64,000 nt of DNA from an uncultured Actinomyces sp. (GTDB taxonomy: Bacteria; Actinomycetota; Actinomycetes; Actinomycetales; Actinomycetaceae). This document shows, in pieces, positions 19,258 through 29,602 of the stretch. The notes beneath the pieces were generated by a model. It was given only the letters and a program-made list of their open reading frames with translations, did no database searches and was not told the DNA's origin. The stretch is taken from positions 7,898 to 71,897 of the forward strand of contig CAUTAH010000005.1 in the NCBI GenBank assembly GCA_963536345.1, in the 5' to 3' direction. The position numbers and the translations under genes were made by a program. Position 1 is the first letter of the stretch. Every line of letters begins with the position of its first letter.

Positions 19258-20828
19258 GTTCCTTCCTTGCGCGCACGCGAGCTGTCGCTTTGGTTGGCCT
19301 CGATGGGACCATCGTCGATGTCGAAACACACGTGGGGCGCGGACTAGTGACCTTTACTCTCGTTGGGCTTCCAGATGCTTCTCTGCGAGAAGCACGCGAT
19401 CGCGTTCGCTCAGCGCTTCAAGCGTGTGAACTGGAAGTACTGGATCGCCATGTGACAGTGGGGCTTTCACCTGCCGGTTTGCCCAAATCAGGTTCGGGTT
19501 TTGACTTCGCGATCGCTGTATCCATTCTTCTTGCCTCGTCAAAGATCAGAGCTCAAGGCGTCGCTGGAGAGGTTTTCATCGGTGAACTGGGACTGGATGG
19601 AAGTCTTCATACCATTCCTGGAGTCCTGCCAGCAGTGATTGCGGCCAGGCGCGCTGGGATCTCTCGGGTCTATGTTCCACAGGAGGCGCGCGAAGAAGCT
19701 TCACTTGTGCCGGGAATTGAGGTGCGCTCCTTTGCCCATCTTGCAGATTTCGTTCGCGCATGTGGAGGAGAAGCAACCCGAGCTCGGATCGTGGGCGTTT
19801 CTGGAAACACAGGATCGCGGCCACAACGAAACGAATCAGGAGAAAAATCGGGTCTGACTCGCGCAGAGATCGACTTTTCTCAAGTTCGCGGGCACAACGT
19901 TGCCGTGGACGCTGTTGCTCTTGCTGCGGCGGGCGGCCACCATCTGATGCTGATTGGTGAACCGGGAAGCGGGAAAACGATGATCGCTTCTCGAATTCCT
20001 TCGATTCTTCCAGCGTTAAGCGAGAGCGATGCTCTGACCGCAAGTGCGATTCATTCCCTTGCCGTGGATCTTCCTGCAGGTGGGTTGCTTGACCATGCAC
20101 CTTTTCAATCCCCTCATCACTCCATGTCGATTCCTGCGATGGTCGGTGGTGGAAGCAGCTATATTCGTCCGGGAGCTGTGTCTCTTGCCCACGGGGGAGT
20201 TCTCTTTCTCGATGAGGCCACTGAATTCGCGCCTGCAGTCTTGGACTCATTACGCCAACCCCTTGAATCTGGTTGGGTCAGAATTCAGCGTTCGGGTCAT
20301 ATCGCGTCCTATCCCGCGTCCTTTCAATTAGTTTTGGCGACGAATCCATGCCCGTGTGGACATCTTGGCGGGAGAACGAAGAGCTGCACGTGTTCGTCCG
20401 TGCAACGACGGCGTTACCTGGGGCGCCTCTCTGGGCCCCTCATTGATCGTATTGACATTACTTTGTCGATGAGGGTCCCCACACAAGCCGACCTGAAGTG
20501 CGCAGCAGACTTCACTTCCGCATCGTTAAAGGAACAAGTGTGCGAGGCACGTGAACGGGCGTTACGGCGATTGCGAGATACTCCTTGGCAGCTCAATCGG
20601 GATGTGGAGGGTTCGTGGATCCGTTCGACTCACCCACCTTCGGAACGGATTTTGTCTCTGATTGATCGCTCTATTGACCGGGGAGAACTTTCCATGCGAG
20701 GCGCAGATCGCCTCCTTCGATTGATGTGGACCTGTGCTGATTTCTCTGGAAAAAATACGATCGGGCTGGAGGAATTCTCCTGCGCACTCCAGCTTCGCCA
20801 AGGAGGCGAACACTATGGAATCGGATAA
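19254..20828 (+). CDS. comM: YifB/ComM Mg-chelatase-like AAA+ helicase
   Basis: VGLPD, PKSGSGFD, GEPGSGKT, SLAHGGVLFLDE, NPCPCG, SGPLIDRID. Confidence 0.92.
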   Translation: MSSFLARTRAVALVGLDGTIVDVETHVGRGLVTFTLVGLPDASLREARDRVRSALQACELEVLDRHVTVGLSPAGLPKSGSGFDFAIAVSILLASSKIRAQGVAGEVFIGELGLDGSLHTIPGVLPAVIAARRAGISRVYVPQEAREEASLVPGIEVRSFAHLADFVRACGGEATRARIVGVSGNTGSRPQRNESGEKSGLTRAEIDFSQVRGHNVAVDAVALAAAGGHHLMLIGEPGSGKTMIASRIPSILPALSESDALTASAIHSLAVDLPAGGLLDHAPFQSPHHSMSIPAMVGGGSSYIRPGAVSLAHGGVLFLDEATEFAPAVLDSLRQPLESGWVRIQRSGHIASYPASFQLVLATNPCPCGHLGGRTKSCTCSSVQRRRYLGRLSGPLIDRIDITLSMRVPTQADLKCAADFTSASLKEQVCEARERALRRLRDTPWQLNRDVEGSWIRSTHPPSERILSLIDRSIDRGELSMRGADRLLRLMWTCADFSGKNTIGLEEFSCALQLRQGGEHYGIG

Positions 20829-21972
20829 TCAACAACTGCTGGACGAGGTGTGGTGGAACTGCATCAGCGAGCCCGCGGATATCCAACTTGAAGTTCTTCG
20901 ATGCGCATTGGGTGATGAAGAGGCGAAGCGCTGGCTCCTTGCAGAACAGGTCTTGATCCCTGACGCGCTCAAAACCCTTGAAGACACTTACAGGTCGTGT
21001 TGGAAAAGATGGAGGCCGCGGGCTCTTGCAGCTCAACCAGACCTTGAGCTCAATATCTTGGAAAAAATCGGTGGCCACATCGTCTTGCCAAAGGATGAGA
21101 AGTGGCCGAAAGGCTTTGTCAAACTTGGGCAAAATGCGCCTCGAATGCTCTGGGTTCTCGGGGAACTCTCGACGCGTTCTTCAATTGCGATTGTGGGCGC
21201 TCGCGCGTCTTCAAATTACGGGAACAGTGTTGCTCGTGAACTTTCCCGAGAGCTTTCTCATCGGGGGTTCGGCACTATTTCTGGCGGAGCGATCGGTATT
21301 GACTCCTATGTTCACCAGGGGAGCGTTGACGTGGCTGGCTACACATGTGCGTTCATGGCTGGTGGATTGGGCAATCTCTATCCCGCATGCAACACGGATC
21401 TCTTTCGAACAATCCTTGCCTGTGGGGGAGCGCTCATCTCTGAAGTTCCATGCACATTCCGTCCTGCAAAGTGGCGATTCTTGGGAAGGAACCGCTTGAT
21501 TGCTGCCGCTGCAAGCGGAGTTGTCGTTGTCGAGGCCTCGCCGCGTTCAGGGGCGCTGGCCACCTCTCGGTGGGCGCTCGAGCAGGGAACACCCGTTGGT
21601 GGGATCCCCGGATCTATATATTCGGAACCATCGCGAGGGGTCCATGATTTGCTTCGCAATGGGGGAACTCTAATCCGTGACTATGTCGATGTCCTCGAAA
21701 TGATAGGGGAGGCAAACGCGCCAGAGATCCACGAGCTTCCATTGTTCGGAGATCCTACTGCTCCTGATGGTCTTGTTGATTCCCTCGAACCGCTTCTACG
21801 CCGGGTTTATGAGGCCCTTCCCCAAAGACGCTCCATGACGACCGAGCGTCTTGCTGTTGCGGCTGGCCTCGATGAAGAATCCGTTAAGGTCGCTCTTGTT
21901 CGACTTCAGCTCAGTGCATTCGTCGGTGTCGATGAGCGCGGCTGGCATCGCAGTCTCGGGCAAGGCCGATAG
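20815..21972 (+). CDS. dprA: DNA-processing protein DprA
   Basis: IAIVGARASSNYG, ISGGAIGID, FLGRNRLIAA, VVEASPRSGALAT. Confidence 0.93.
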   Translation: MESDNQQLLDEVWWNCISEPADIQLEVLRCALGDEEAKRWLLAEQVLIPDALKTLEDTYRSCWKRWRPRALAAQPDLELNILEKIGGHIVLPKDEKWPKGFVKLGQNAPRMLWVLGELSTRSSIAIVGARASSNYGNSVARELSRELSHRGFGTISGGAIGIDSYVHQGSVDVAGYTCAFMAGGLGNLYPACNTDLFRTILACGGALISEVPCTFRPAKWRFLGRNRLIAAAASGVVVVEASPRSGALATSRWALEQGTPVGGIPGSIYSEPSRGVHDLLRNGGTLIRDYVDVLEMIGEANAPEIHELPLFGDPTAPDGLVDSLEPLLRRVYEALPQRRSMTTERLAVAAGLDEESVKVALVRLQLSAFVGVDERGWHRSLGQGR

Positions 21973-21981
21973 ACTTGCCCC

Positions 21982-22893
21982 GTGGAGGAGTCTTTGATCG
22001 ATGCATGGGGCGTGTATTTGCGCGCCAATCTCGCGGTATCAGAGCACACCCTTCGCGCCTATGTCAGCGATCTACGCGCATTCATTGTTTATTGTCAGGT
22101 CGATGAACTCTCAACAGAGAACATCCGCAGCGTCGTCACTCTTCGGGCAATTCGTGCCTGGCTCGCCAGTTTGGTTCAACAAGGGAAATCGCGATCGACA
22201 ATCTCTCGCAGAACCGCTTCAATTCGTTCCTTCACCGCTTGGGCATATCGCCGCGGGTACCTTGACAGCGACCCCGGGTTGCTCGTGACCAGCGCTCGCG
22301 GGGACCAAAAGCTTCCGCAGGTTCAGACCCCTTCCGATACGGCCGAGCTCCTGTCTTATGCAGCCACTCGTACGCGTGAGGAGAATTCGCCGGCGGCGAT
22401 ACGCGATTGGGCCATCCTTGAGACGATTTACGCGACCGGTATTCGCGTGAGTGAAGTGTGCTCGCTGGATACGACGTCTATTGACCAACAGGGCATGACA
22501 TTAAGAGTGATCGGTAAAGGCAACAAAGAACGAGTAGTTCCTTTCACACGCGCGTGTTTGTCCGCACTGCAAGCATGGCTTTCTCATGGTCGCCCGAGTT
22601 TGGCGATTCCCGAGGCGGGACGTGCGCTCTTTGTTGGAGATAAGGGACGGCGTATTGACCCTCGTGTGATCCGCTCGATGATTCATCGAATGTGCGCACA
22701 GGCAGGCGTGCGAGACCTCGCCCCTCACGCCCTTCGCCACACTGCTGCGACACATATCCTGGCTGGAGGTGCAGACCTCAGAGCCGTGCAAGAAATGCTT
22801 GGACATTCTTCACTTCAAACAACTCAGCGTTATACGCATGTGGATGCTCAGCGCCTGAGCGCTATCTACAAACAAGCGCATCCTAGGGCTTAG
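21982..22893 (+). CDS. xerC: Tyrosine recombinase XerC
   Basis: TGIRVSE, GKGNKER, HALRH, LGH, TTQRY catalytic residues; follows dprA. Confidence 0.9.
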   Translation: MEESLIDAWGVYLRANLAVSEHTLRAYVSDLRAFIVYCQVDELSTENIRSVVTLRAIRAWLASLVQQGKSRSTISRRTASIRSFTAWAYRRGYLDSDPGLLVTSARGDQKLPQVQTPSDTAELLSYAATRTREENSPAAIRDWAILETIYATGIRVSEVCSLDTTSIDQQGMTLRVIGKGNKERVVPFTRACLSALQAWLSHGRPSLAIPEAGRALFVGDKGRRIDPRVIRSMIHRMCAQAGVRDLAPHALRHTAATHILAGGADLRAVQEMLGHSSLQTTQRYTHVDAQRLSAIYKQAHPRA

Positions 22894-22896
22894 CGC

Positions 22897-23427
22897 TCAT
22901 TGAAGAGTTTTCAACCGCGGGTGTCCTTGGAGCATTCTGAGCGGATTGATGTAGCGATAACGACTAACTTTCGCACCCCAGTGAAGATCGCCCTTCCGCA
23001 TGTGCGAATCCTCCTGCTTGGGCGGGACAACCTCACCGATGCGCTGCCCGCGCTGCACGGCCTCGCCAATGTGGAGGGAAGAAGTTGCTGGCTCAAAGGT
23101 GGAATGGATTCCCGAGCAATCAATGGAAAGGACTTCGCGTCCGGCGAGCATCCCGGAAAAGACTACGGTTCCGTTGCACGGGGAGCGAAGCGAAGGATCC
23201 TCACTTCCGATGTTGACCCATATTCCTCGTGAACCTGAAAGCCATGGCTTATCAGGTGGGGCGAAACCTTGAGCAAGAGTGAAAGGCTGAGAAAAAGGAA
23301 GAGCCCACACGGAAGAAGCGCGTGGCATGGCTGGTGTTGCTATTCCAGGAAAACAAAGGTTCCAAGCGAAGATGAATGTCGCCACAGCAGGGATGAGCCG
23401 CAGAAAGCCATACGTACGTTGATTCAT
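22897..23427 (-). CDS. Secreted M23/LytM-family protein, probably catalytically degenerate
   Basis: Signal peptide; GTVVFSG, GEAVQRGQRIGEV, LHWG, YINPL; HxxxD replaced by SRGIW. Confidence 0.8.
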   Translation of the reverse strand: MNQRTYGFLRLIPAVATFIFAWNLCFPGIATPAMPRASSVWALPFSQPFTLAQGFAPPDKPWLSGSRGIWVNIGSEDPSLRSPCNGTVVFSGMLAGREVLSIDCSGIHSTFEPATSSLHIGEAVQRGQRIGEVVPPKQEDSHMRKGDLHWGAKVSRYRYINPLRMLQGHPRLKTLQ

Positions 23428-23473
23428 GAATCCAGCCTGCACATAGGGAAACGATGGGGCTCGTGCAAAATGA

Positions 23474-23515
23474 AATCTGTGGAAAACGCCGAGTAAATAT
23501 CCTTCCTGTGGATAA
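23474..23515 (-). promoter_or_regulatory. Bipartite motif copy 2 upstream of the M23 gene
   Basis: Minus strand TTATCCACAGG-N13-CGGCGTTTTCCACAGATT. Confidence 0.7.
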
Positions 23516-23785
23516 AGGCATGTGAGCTATTGCAAGTGAAATTGCTGCATTTTGTACCCCGCTGGGTCCGAAGAGCTAGGTGAGATGAGATAAGATTGGA
23601 CAGCATTCGCTGTGCGAATGACTTCGCGTGCTATTTTCCGAGCACCTCACGGAAGTGAAAGTGCCGGGGCAGTTGCGTCACGGTCCAATGGGTCGCAACG
23701 TCATGGCACCAGGGCCGAAAGGCACATTAACCGAGAAAACCGGGGGAAACCCCATGATCCCGCTCAGCGGGGAAAGGACGATGCA

Positions 23786-24619
23786 ATGGCAATCGTCACC
23801 ATGCGCCAGCTTCTGGAATCTGGCGTTCACTTCGGGCACCAGACCCGTCGTTGGAACCCGAAGATGAAGCGCTTCATCCTCACCGAACGTAACGGCATCT
23901 ACATCATCGACCTCGAGCAGACCATTGCCGATATCGATATTGCCTTCGACTTCGTCAAGGAAACCGTTGCACACGGCGGAACCATCCTCTTCGTCGGTAC
24001 CAAGAAGCAGGCACAGGAAGCTGTCGCCGAGCAGGCACAGCGCGTTGGCATGCCCTACGTGAACCACCGTTGGCTCGGCGGTATGCTCACCAACTTCTCC
24101 ACCGTTTCCAAGCGTCTGCAGCGCCTGAAGGAACTCGAGCAGATTGACTTTGACGATGTGGCATCTTCCGGCCGCACCAAGAAGGAACTGCTCATGATGC
24201 GCCGCGAGAAGGACAAGCTTGCTCGCACCCTCGGTGGTATTCGCGATATGGCCAAGGTCCCCTCCGCAGTGTGGATCGTTGACCCGAAGAAGGAACACCT
24301 CGCGGTTTCCGAAGCTCGCAAGCTCAACATCCCGATCGTGGCCATCCTTGACACCAACGCAGATCCGGACGAGGTCGACTACCGCATTCCCGGCAACGAT
24401 GACGCCATTCGCGCCGTTGCACTGCTGACCCGCGTGATCGCCGACGCAGTTGCCGAAGGCCTGCTTGCACGCAGCGCCGGCCGCAAGAACGCTTCCGAGG
24501 AAACCGCAGCTGAGCCTTTGGCTGAGTGGGAGCGCGAGCTTCTCGAAGGCGAAGTTGCCGCTGACGAGGCAGCAGCACAGGCCGTGGCCAACGAGTCTGA
24601 AACCCCCGCACAGGACTGA
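23786..24619 (+). CDS. rpsB: 30S ribosomal protein S2
   Basis: [31 protein letters not shown]. Confidence 0.98.
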   Translation: MAIVTMRQLLESGVHFGHQTRRWNPKMKRFILTERNGIYIIDLEQTIADIDIAFDFVKETVAHGGTILFVGTKKQAQEAVAEQAQRVGMPYVNHRWLGGMLTNFSTVSKRLQRLKELEQIDFDDVASSGRTKKELLMMRREKDKLARTLGGIRDMAKVPSAVWIVDPKKEHLAVSEARKLNIPIVAILDTNADPDEVDYRIPGNDDAIRAVALLTRVIADAVAEGLLARSAGRKNASEETAAEPLAEWERELLEGEVAADEAAAQAVANESETPAQD

Positions 24620-24643
24620 AGCTCAGAAAGAAGGAAATCAGTA

Positions 24644-25471
24644 ATGGCTAATTTCACCGCTGCTGATGTGAAGGCTCTGCGCGAGAAGACTGGCGCAGGC
24701 ATGATGGACGTCAAGAAGGCGCTCCAGGAAGCCGACGGCGATGCTGAAAAGGCTCTCGAAATCATTCGTCTGAAGGGCCTGAAGTCGCTGTCCAAGCGCG
24801 AAGGTCGTCAGGCATCGGCCGGTCTGCTCGCTGCCTCCGTTCAGGACGGCGTGGGCGTTATGGTCGAGGTTAACTCTGAGACCGACTTCGTTGCCAAGAA
24901 CCAGAAGTTCATCGACTTCGCACACTCTGTCCTCGAGGCCGCTGTTGCCTCCGGCGCATCCGACGTTGACTCGCTGCTTGCAGCTCCGATGGGCGACTCC
25001 ACTGTCAAGGAACAGCTTGACGCAATGGCCGCAGTTATCGGCGAAAAGCTCGAGATCCGTCGCGTGATTCGCGTTGAGGGCGAGAACGTTGATCTCTACC
25101 TGCACCAGACCAGCCCCGACCTGCCCCCGCAGGTTGGCGTCTTCGTCGTCACCGACGCAGCTGGAGCTGGCGTTGCACACGATATCGCGATGCACGTTGC
25201 TGCCTACATGCCCGCTTACCTTGACCGCGACTCGGTTCCGGCCGATGTCTTGGAGAAGGAACGCGCCACCCTCGAGAAGATCACCCTCGAGGAAGGCAAG
25301 CCCGAGAAGATCGTCCCCAAGATTGTTCAGGGACGTCTTGAGGCATTCTTCAAGGACAACTGCCTGGTCGATCAGGCATTTGCTCGCGATCCTTCAAAGT
25401 CCGTCGGACAGGTTCTGCGCGACGCTGGTGCAAAGGTCACCCAGTTCGTGCGCGTCCACGTCGGCGCCTGA
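24644..25471 (+). CDS. tsf: Elongation factor Ts
   Basis: LREKTGAGMMDVKKAL, EVNSETDFVA. Confidence 0.98.
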   Translation: MANFTAADVKALREKTGAGMMDVKKALQEADGDAEKALEIIRLKGLKSLSKREGRQASAGLLAASVQDGVGVMVEVNSETDFVAKNQKFIDFAHSVLEAAVASGASDVDSLLAAPMGDSTVKEQLDAMAAVIGEKLEIRRVIRVEGENVDLYLHQTSPDLPPQVGVFVVTDAAGAGVAHDIAMHVAAYMPAYLDRDSVPADVLEKERATLEKITLEEGKPEKIVPKIVQGRLEAFFKDNCLVDQAFARDPSKSVGQVLRDAGAKVTQFVRVHVGA

Positions 25472-25477
25472 TTTTGT

Positions 25478-25508
25478 GTGATGGCCCCGCTTAATGCGGG
25501 GCCATCAC
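25478..25508 (+). terminator. Hairpin after tsf
   Basis: GTGATGGCCCCGC-TTAAT-GCGGGGCCATCAC. Confidence 0.75.
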
Positions 25509-25551
25509 CCTATCTCTTAGGACTCAGCACTCATTCAAAGGAGAAGTACTC

Positions 25552-26271
25552 ATGCCAGCTGCTCGTCGCGTCCTCCTCAAACTCTCAGGTGAAGCCTTTG
25601 GCGGAGGTTCCGTCGGCCTCGATCCCACTGTCGTCCGCTCAATTGCAGAGCAGATCGCCGAGGCAGTTCACGCGGGGATCCAGGTTGCAGTCGTCGTTGG
25701 CGGTGGTAACTTCTTCCGCGGAGCCGAGTTGTCCAGGCAAGGTCTGGACCGCTCACGTGCGGACTACATGGGAATGCTCGGCACCGTCATGAATGCCCTG
25801 GCGCTCCAAGATTTCATCGAGCAGTCTGGTGTTCCCGCGCGCGTCCAAAGTGCAATTGCAATGCAACAGGTCGCAGAGCCCTACATTCCGCTGCGCGCTA
25901 TTCGTCACCTCGAAAAGGGGCGCGTTGTTCTCTTCGGCGCAGGTGCAGGATTGCCCTACTTCTCTACCGATACGGTCTCCGCGCAGCGCGCATTGGAAAC
26001 TCATTGCGATGAACTTCTTGTTGCAAAGAACGGTGTTGACGGCGTCTACGATGACGATCCTCGAGTCAACCCGAATGCACATAAGCTTGACTTCGTCACC
26101 TATCAAGATGCACTAAGCCGTGGTCTGAAGGTCGTTGATGCTGCAGCCTTCGCGCTTGGCCAGGAAAACGGGCTGACAATGCGTGTCTTTGGAATGTCAG
26201 AACCCGGTAACGTTACCGCCGCGCTCCGTGGCGAAAAAATCGGTACGCTTGTCCTCAGCGAATCACACTGA
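25552..26271 (+). CDS. pyrH: Uridylate kinase
   Basis: [35 protein letters not shown]. Confidence 0.97.
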   Translation: MPAARRVLLKLSGEAFGGGSVGLDPTVVRSIAEQIAEAVHAGIQVAVVVGGGNFFRGAELSRQGLDRSRADYMGMLGTVMNALALQDFIEQSGVPARVQSAIAMQQVAEPYIPLRAIRHLEKGRVVLFGAGAGLPYFSTDTVSAQRALETHCDELLVAKNGVDGVYDDDPRVNPNAHKLDFVTYQDALSRGLKVVDAAAFALGQENGLTMRVFGMSEPGNVTAALRGEKIGTLVLSESH

Positions 26272-26284
26272 AAGGAAGATTTCC

Positions 26285-26842
26285 GTGATCGACGACATCC
26301 TGCTCGAAGCAGAAGAAAAAATGGATAAGACGGTCGAAGCAGCCCGTCACGAATTTGGCAATATCCGCACCGGACGCGCAAACGCTGGCATGTTCGAGCA
26401 GCTCCTTGTTGACTACTATGGAGCCCCGACCCCGATGCAGCAGCTGGCTTCTTTCCAGATTCCTGAAGCTCGTACCGTTCTGATTTCGCCTTTTGATCGC
26501 ACGGCGACCCAGGAGATCATCAAGACTCTGCGCGAGTCCGATTTGGGGGTCAACCCGACCGATGACGGAAACGTTGTACGCGTTGTTTTGCCTGCTTTGA
26601 CTGAAGAGCGTCGTAAGGAATACGTCAAGCAGGCAAAGAACAAGGCAGAAGATGCCCGCGTTTCGGTTCGCTCCATCCGTCGTAAGGCAAAGGAAAGCCT
26701 CGATCGTCTGAAGAAGGACGGCGAAGCAGGAGAAGACGAAGTCGAGCGCGCAGAAAAGGCCCTCGAGGCTGCAACGAAGGCTCGCGTCGAATTGATCGAC
26801 CACCTTCTTGCAACTAAGGAAAGCGAACTTCTCACCATCTGA
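26285..26842 (+). CDS. frr: Ribosome recycling factor
   Basis: IRTGRAN, VDYYGAPTP, LTEERRKE. Confidence 0.97.
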   Translation: MIDDILLEAEEKMDKTVEAARHEFGNIRTGRANAGMFEQLLVDYYGAPTPMQQLASFQIPEARTVLISPFDRTATQEIIKTLRESDLGVNPTDDGNVVRVVLPALTEERRKEYVKQAKNKAEDARVSVRSIRRKAKESLDRLKKDGEAGEDEVERAEKALEAATKARVELIDHLLATKESELLTI

Positions 26843-27738
26843 TGTCCACCACATCCCATCAACACGGTCCATCGGTGTTTTCGCGCGTCTTTTCACCTCA
26901 GCCGCGCGAAAACACCCAGCCGCTAGCACCAACGGGGAAGGCCGGTCGCAATCTTCCGGCAGCGGTTTCTTCTGCTGTAGTCCTGATTGCCTTGCTCGTC
27001 GCCTCGCTACTTGTCGTCCAAGGGCTCTTTGTCGGCTTCGTGTGCTGCATCGCTCTGCTTGGATTGTGGGAGTTGGGAGGGGCTTTCGCGAGAGTCGGAA
27101 CTCATATCGCCCTTGCCCCCTTGTACCTTGGCGCAATCGGCATGATGGTCTGCGCGTGGCTTCTTGGCCCCGAGGCCCTCACCATGGCCCTCTATCTCAC
27201 TGTTTTTGCGGTTGTGGTGTGGCGCCTCATTGATGCCCCCACGCCTTCTCGGATTGCTGATATCACGGCCAGCGTGTTTAGCGCGATCTACGTTCCGTTC
27301 CTTGCCTGCTTCGTTGTCTTGATGCTGCGCGAGTTTCGTTCGCCTGCAGTTATTGGGGTCTATGTTGCGGTGACCTGCTTTAACGATATTGGCGGCTGGC
27401 TTGTCGGTATTCTCTTTGGAAAGCATCCGATGGCGCCGCGTCTGTCCCCAAAGAAGTCGTGGGAAGGATTCATTGGATCGCTTGCGTTCTGCATCGGTAC
27501 CGGCGTTGGCGGCTTCTATCTTCTGGGCGCACCGTGGTGGTGGGGTTTGATCGCCGGTGCGTGTGGCTGTGTCTGTGCGACGATCGGTGACCTCACTGAA
27601 TCCTTGATCAAGCGTGAAGTCGGTTTGAAAGATATGTCTGCTTTGATCCCCGGGCACGGCGGCGTCCTTGATCGCGTGGACTCTCTTGTCATGACGGCCC
27701 CCGTTTTCTATGTGATTTTTCTTCTCGCACTTCGCTAA
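26842..27738 (+). CDS. cdsA: Phosphatidate cytidylyltransferase
   Basis: [31 protein letters not shown]. Confidence 0.95.
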   Translation: MSTTSHQHGPSVFSRVFSPQPRENTQPLAPTGKAGRNLPAAVSSAVVLIALLVASLLVVQGLFVGFVCCIALLGLWELGGAFARVGTHIALAPLYLGAIGMMVCAWLLGPEALTMALYLTVFAVVVWRLIDAPTPSRIADITASVFSAIYVPFLACFVVLMLREFRSPAVIGVYVAVTCFNDIGGWLVGILFGKHPMAPRLSPKKSWEGFIGSLAFCIGTGVGGFYLLGAPWWWGLIAGACGCVCATIGDLTESLIKREVGLKDMSALIPGHGGVLDRVDSLVMTAPVFYVIFLLALR

Positions 27739-27809
27739 GCACAGCTAGCGATGGACGAAGATGCCGGTGGGAGCGATTAGGCTATGCACGTGGAAAGGAG
27801 GCCGTTGCG

Positions 27810-29051
27810 GTGAGCATAGAACAGCACAAGCGACGTGAGGTACGTCCAACAGATCAATTGCCTGAAGGCGCGACATCGCCTGATGCGAAGCCTCAGGTGA
27901 CTTTTACTGCGCGTAAGCGCGGAAAAGCCCCTCGTCATCTTGCTGATTTTGACCGAAGTGAACGCAAGGCTTTTGTTTCCGAGGCCGGGCTGCCTCCTTT
28001 CCGCGCCGACCAACTTTCGCGTCACTACTTTGAACGCCACGTGAGCGACCCGGTGCTGATGACGGATATGCCGAAGAGTGCGTATGACGTCATTTCTACG
28101 ACACTTCTTCCTTCTCTTGTGCGTGAGGTCGCTGTTCTTGAGGCCGATCGCGGAGAGACTCTTAAGCACCTGTGGGAACTCTATGACGGGGCCCGCGTGG
28201 AGTCCGTTCTCATGCGTTACAGTGATCGGACGACTTTGTGCATTTCTTCCCAGGCTGGGTGTGGGATGGGCTGTCCTTTCTGTGCCACAGGTCAGATGGG
28301 GCTGACACGTAATTTGTCGACGGCCGAAATCATTGACCAAGTACGCTGCGCACATCAAGCGTGTGAACAGGGGATGGTTGGTGGATCGCCCACGCACCTA
28401 TCGAACATTGTGTTCATGGGAATGGGGGAGCCTCTCGCAAACTACAAGGCGGTTGTGGGGGCTCTCCATCGAATCATTGATCCTTCGCCAAGCGGTTTCG
28501 GTATGTCGGCACGCAATGTCACTGTATCGACGGTCGGTCTGGTTCCTGCGATTGATCGCCTCGCGCAAGAAGGCCTGCCCGTGACTTTGGCCGTGTCTCT
28601 GCATACTCCAGATGATGACCTCAGAGATGAGCTCATCCCTATTAATTCCCGCTGGAAGGTCGGCGAGCTTCTTGACGCTGCGCGACGTTACTTCGTTGCG
28701 ACTGGACGTCGCGTATCTATTGAATACGCCTTGATTAAAGATATGAATGATCAGGTTTGGCGTGCACAACTCCTTGCTGACGAGCTCAACAAGCGCGGCA
28801 GGGGATGGGCACATGTCAACCCCATTCCTCTCAACCCAACTCCGGGATCCATTTGGACAGCGTCCACTCGTCGTGCGCAGGATGCATTCGTACACACACT
28901 GCGAGACAATGGAATCTCGACAACGATTCGCGATACCCGCGGCTCTGATATCGACGGTGCCTGTGGGCAGCTTGCGACGGCTGTCAATAACCGCGAGCGT
29001 GCGCGTCAAAGTGCGCGTGAGAATAATGCACATGAAGAGGAGATGCGATGA
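27810..29051 (+). CDS. rlmN: 23S rRNA m2A2503 radical-SAM methyltransferase
   Basis: [32 protein letters not shown]. Confidence 0.96.
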   Translation: MSIEQHKRREVRPTDQLPEGATSPDAKPQVTFTARKRGKAPRHLADFDRSERKAFVSEAGLPPFRADQLSRHYFERHVSDPVLMTDMPKSAYDVISTTLLPSLVREVAVLEADRGETLKHLWELYDGARVESVLMRYSDRTTLCISSQAGCGMGCPFCATGQMGLTRNLSTAEIIDQVRCAHQACEQGMVGGSPTHLSNIVFMGMGEPLANYKAVVGALHRIIDPSPSGFGMSARNVTVSTVGLVPAIDRLAQEGLPVTLAVSLHTPDDDLRDELIPINSRWKVGELLDAARRYFVATGRRVSIEYALIKDMNDQVWRAQLLADELNKRGRGWAHVNPIPLNPTPGSIWTASTRRAQDAFVHTLRDNGISTTIRDTRGSDIDGACGQLATAVNNRERARQSARENNAHEEEMR

Positions 29052-29599
29052 GCGACGCTTTCCCGACGACGGGAATTTTCCGGCGTGGTTACGGTAAGGA
29101 CGCCGTAGATGACTTCTTCGTCGATGCTCGTCATGCCTACGAGGGAGGCCTTCCTGCTGAGCAATTCAGTGCGGAGCAGGTCCGGCAGGCTTCCTTCCCT
29201 CGGCAGCGCAACGGTTATGACACGCAGGCTGTCGATGCAGCGATGAGCCGCCTTGAAGCTGCTTTTGTTCAGCGTGATCGTGCTGACCACATTGCAGTTA
29301 ACGGAGAGGCTGCTTGGTACGAAAAAGTCGCCGACCGTGCGACCACCTTGTACCCGCGATTGCTTCGTCCCTACGGGGATCGCTTTGCTCACCCAAAGTC
29401 CGGAATTGGCTACGATGCTGAGCAAGTCGATGATCTTTTGGATCGGATCGCTGCCTTCTTCGATGATCGTGAGGAACTTCTGGCTGACGATGTTCGCCAT
29501 GCCTTGTTCAAGTCCGCGCGCGGCAAGAAAGCATATGCGATGGGGCCAGTTGATGCCTATCTAGGCCGTGCAGTCGAGATCCTTCTCTCCGTGAATTAA
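29048..29599 (+). CDS. DivIVA-domain repeat protein
   Basis: Repeated GY...VDxxL units ([42 protein letters not shown]). Confidence 0.8.
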   Translation: MSDAFPTTGIFRRGYGKDAVDDFFVDARHAYEGGLPAEQFSAEQVRQASFPRQRNGYDTQAVDAAMSRLEAAFVQRDRADHIAVNGEAAWYEKVADRATTLYPRLLRPYGDRFAHPKSGIGYDAEQVDDLLDRIAAFFDDREELLADDVRHALFKSARGKKAYAMGPVDAYLGRAVEILLSVN

Positions 29600-29602
29600 A
29601 CG

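Noticed and set aside
18751..23515. Cassette as an invertible or mobile element bounded by inverted repeats and moved by the internal tyrosine recombinase
   Set aside because: The repeats have unrelated spacers and lack dif-like palindromic arms. yraN-comM-dprA-xerC-M23-rpsB is ordinary actinobacterial synteny and the recombinase looks like housekeeping XerC.
23612..23785. N-terminal extensions given by the ORF track for rpsB (also rplS, lipA, panB, pheT, frr, comM, dprA)
   Set aside because: RBS position, gene overlaps and family N-termini support the downstream starts used here. The rpsB upstream region is probably a leader, but I could not define its structure.
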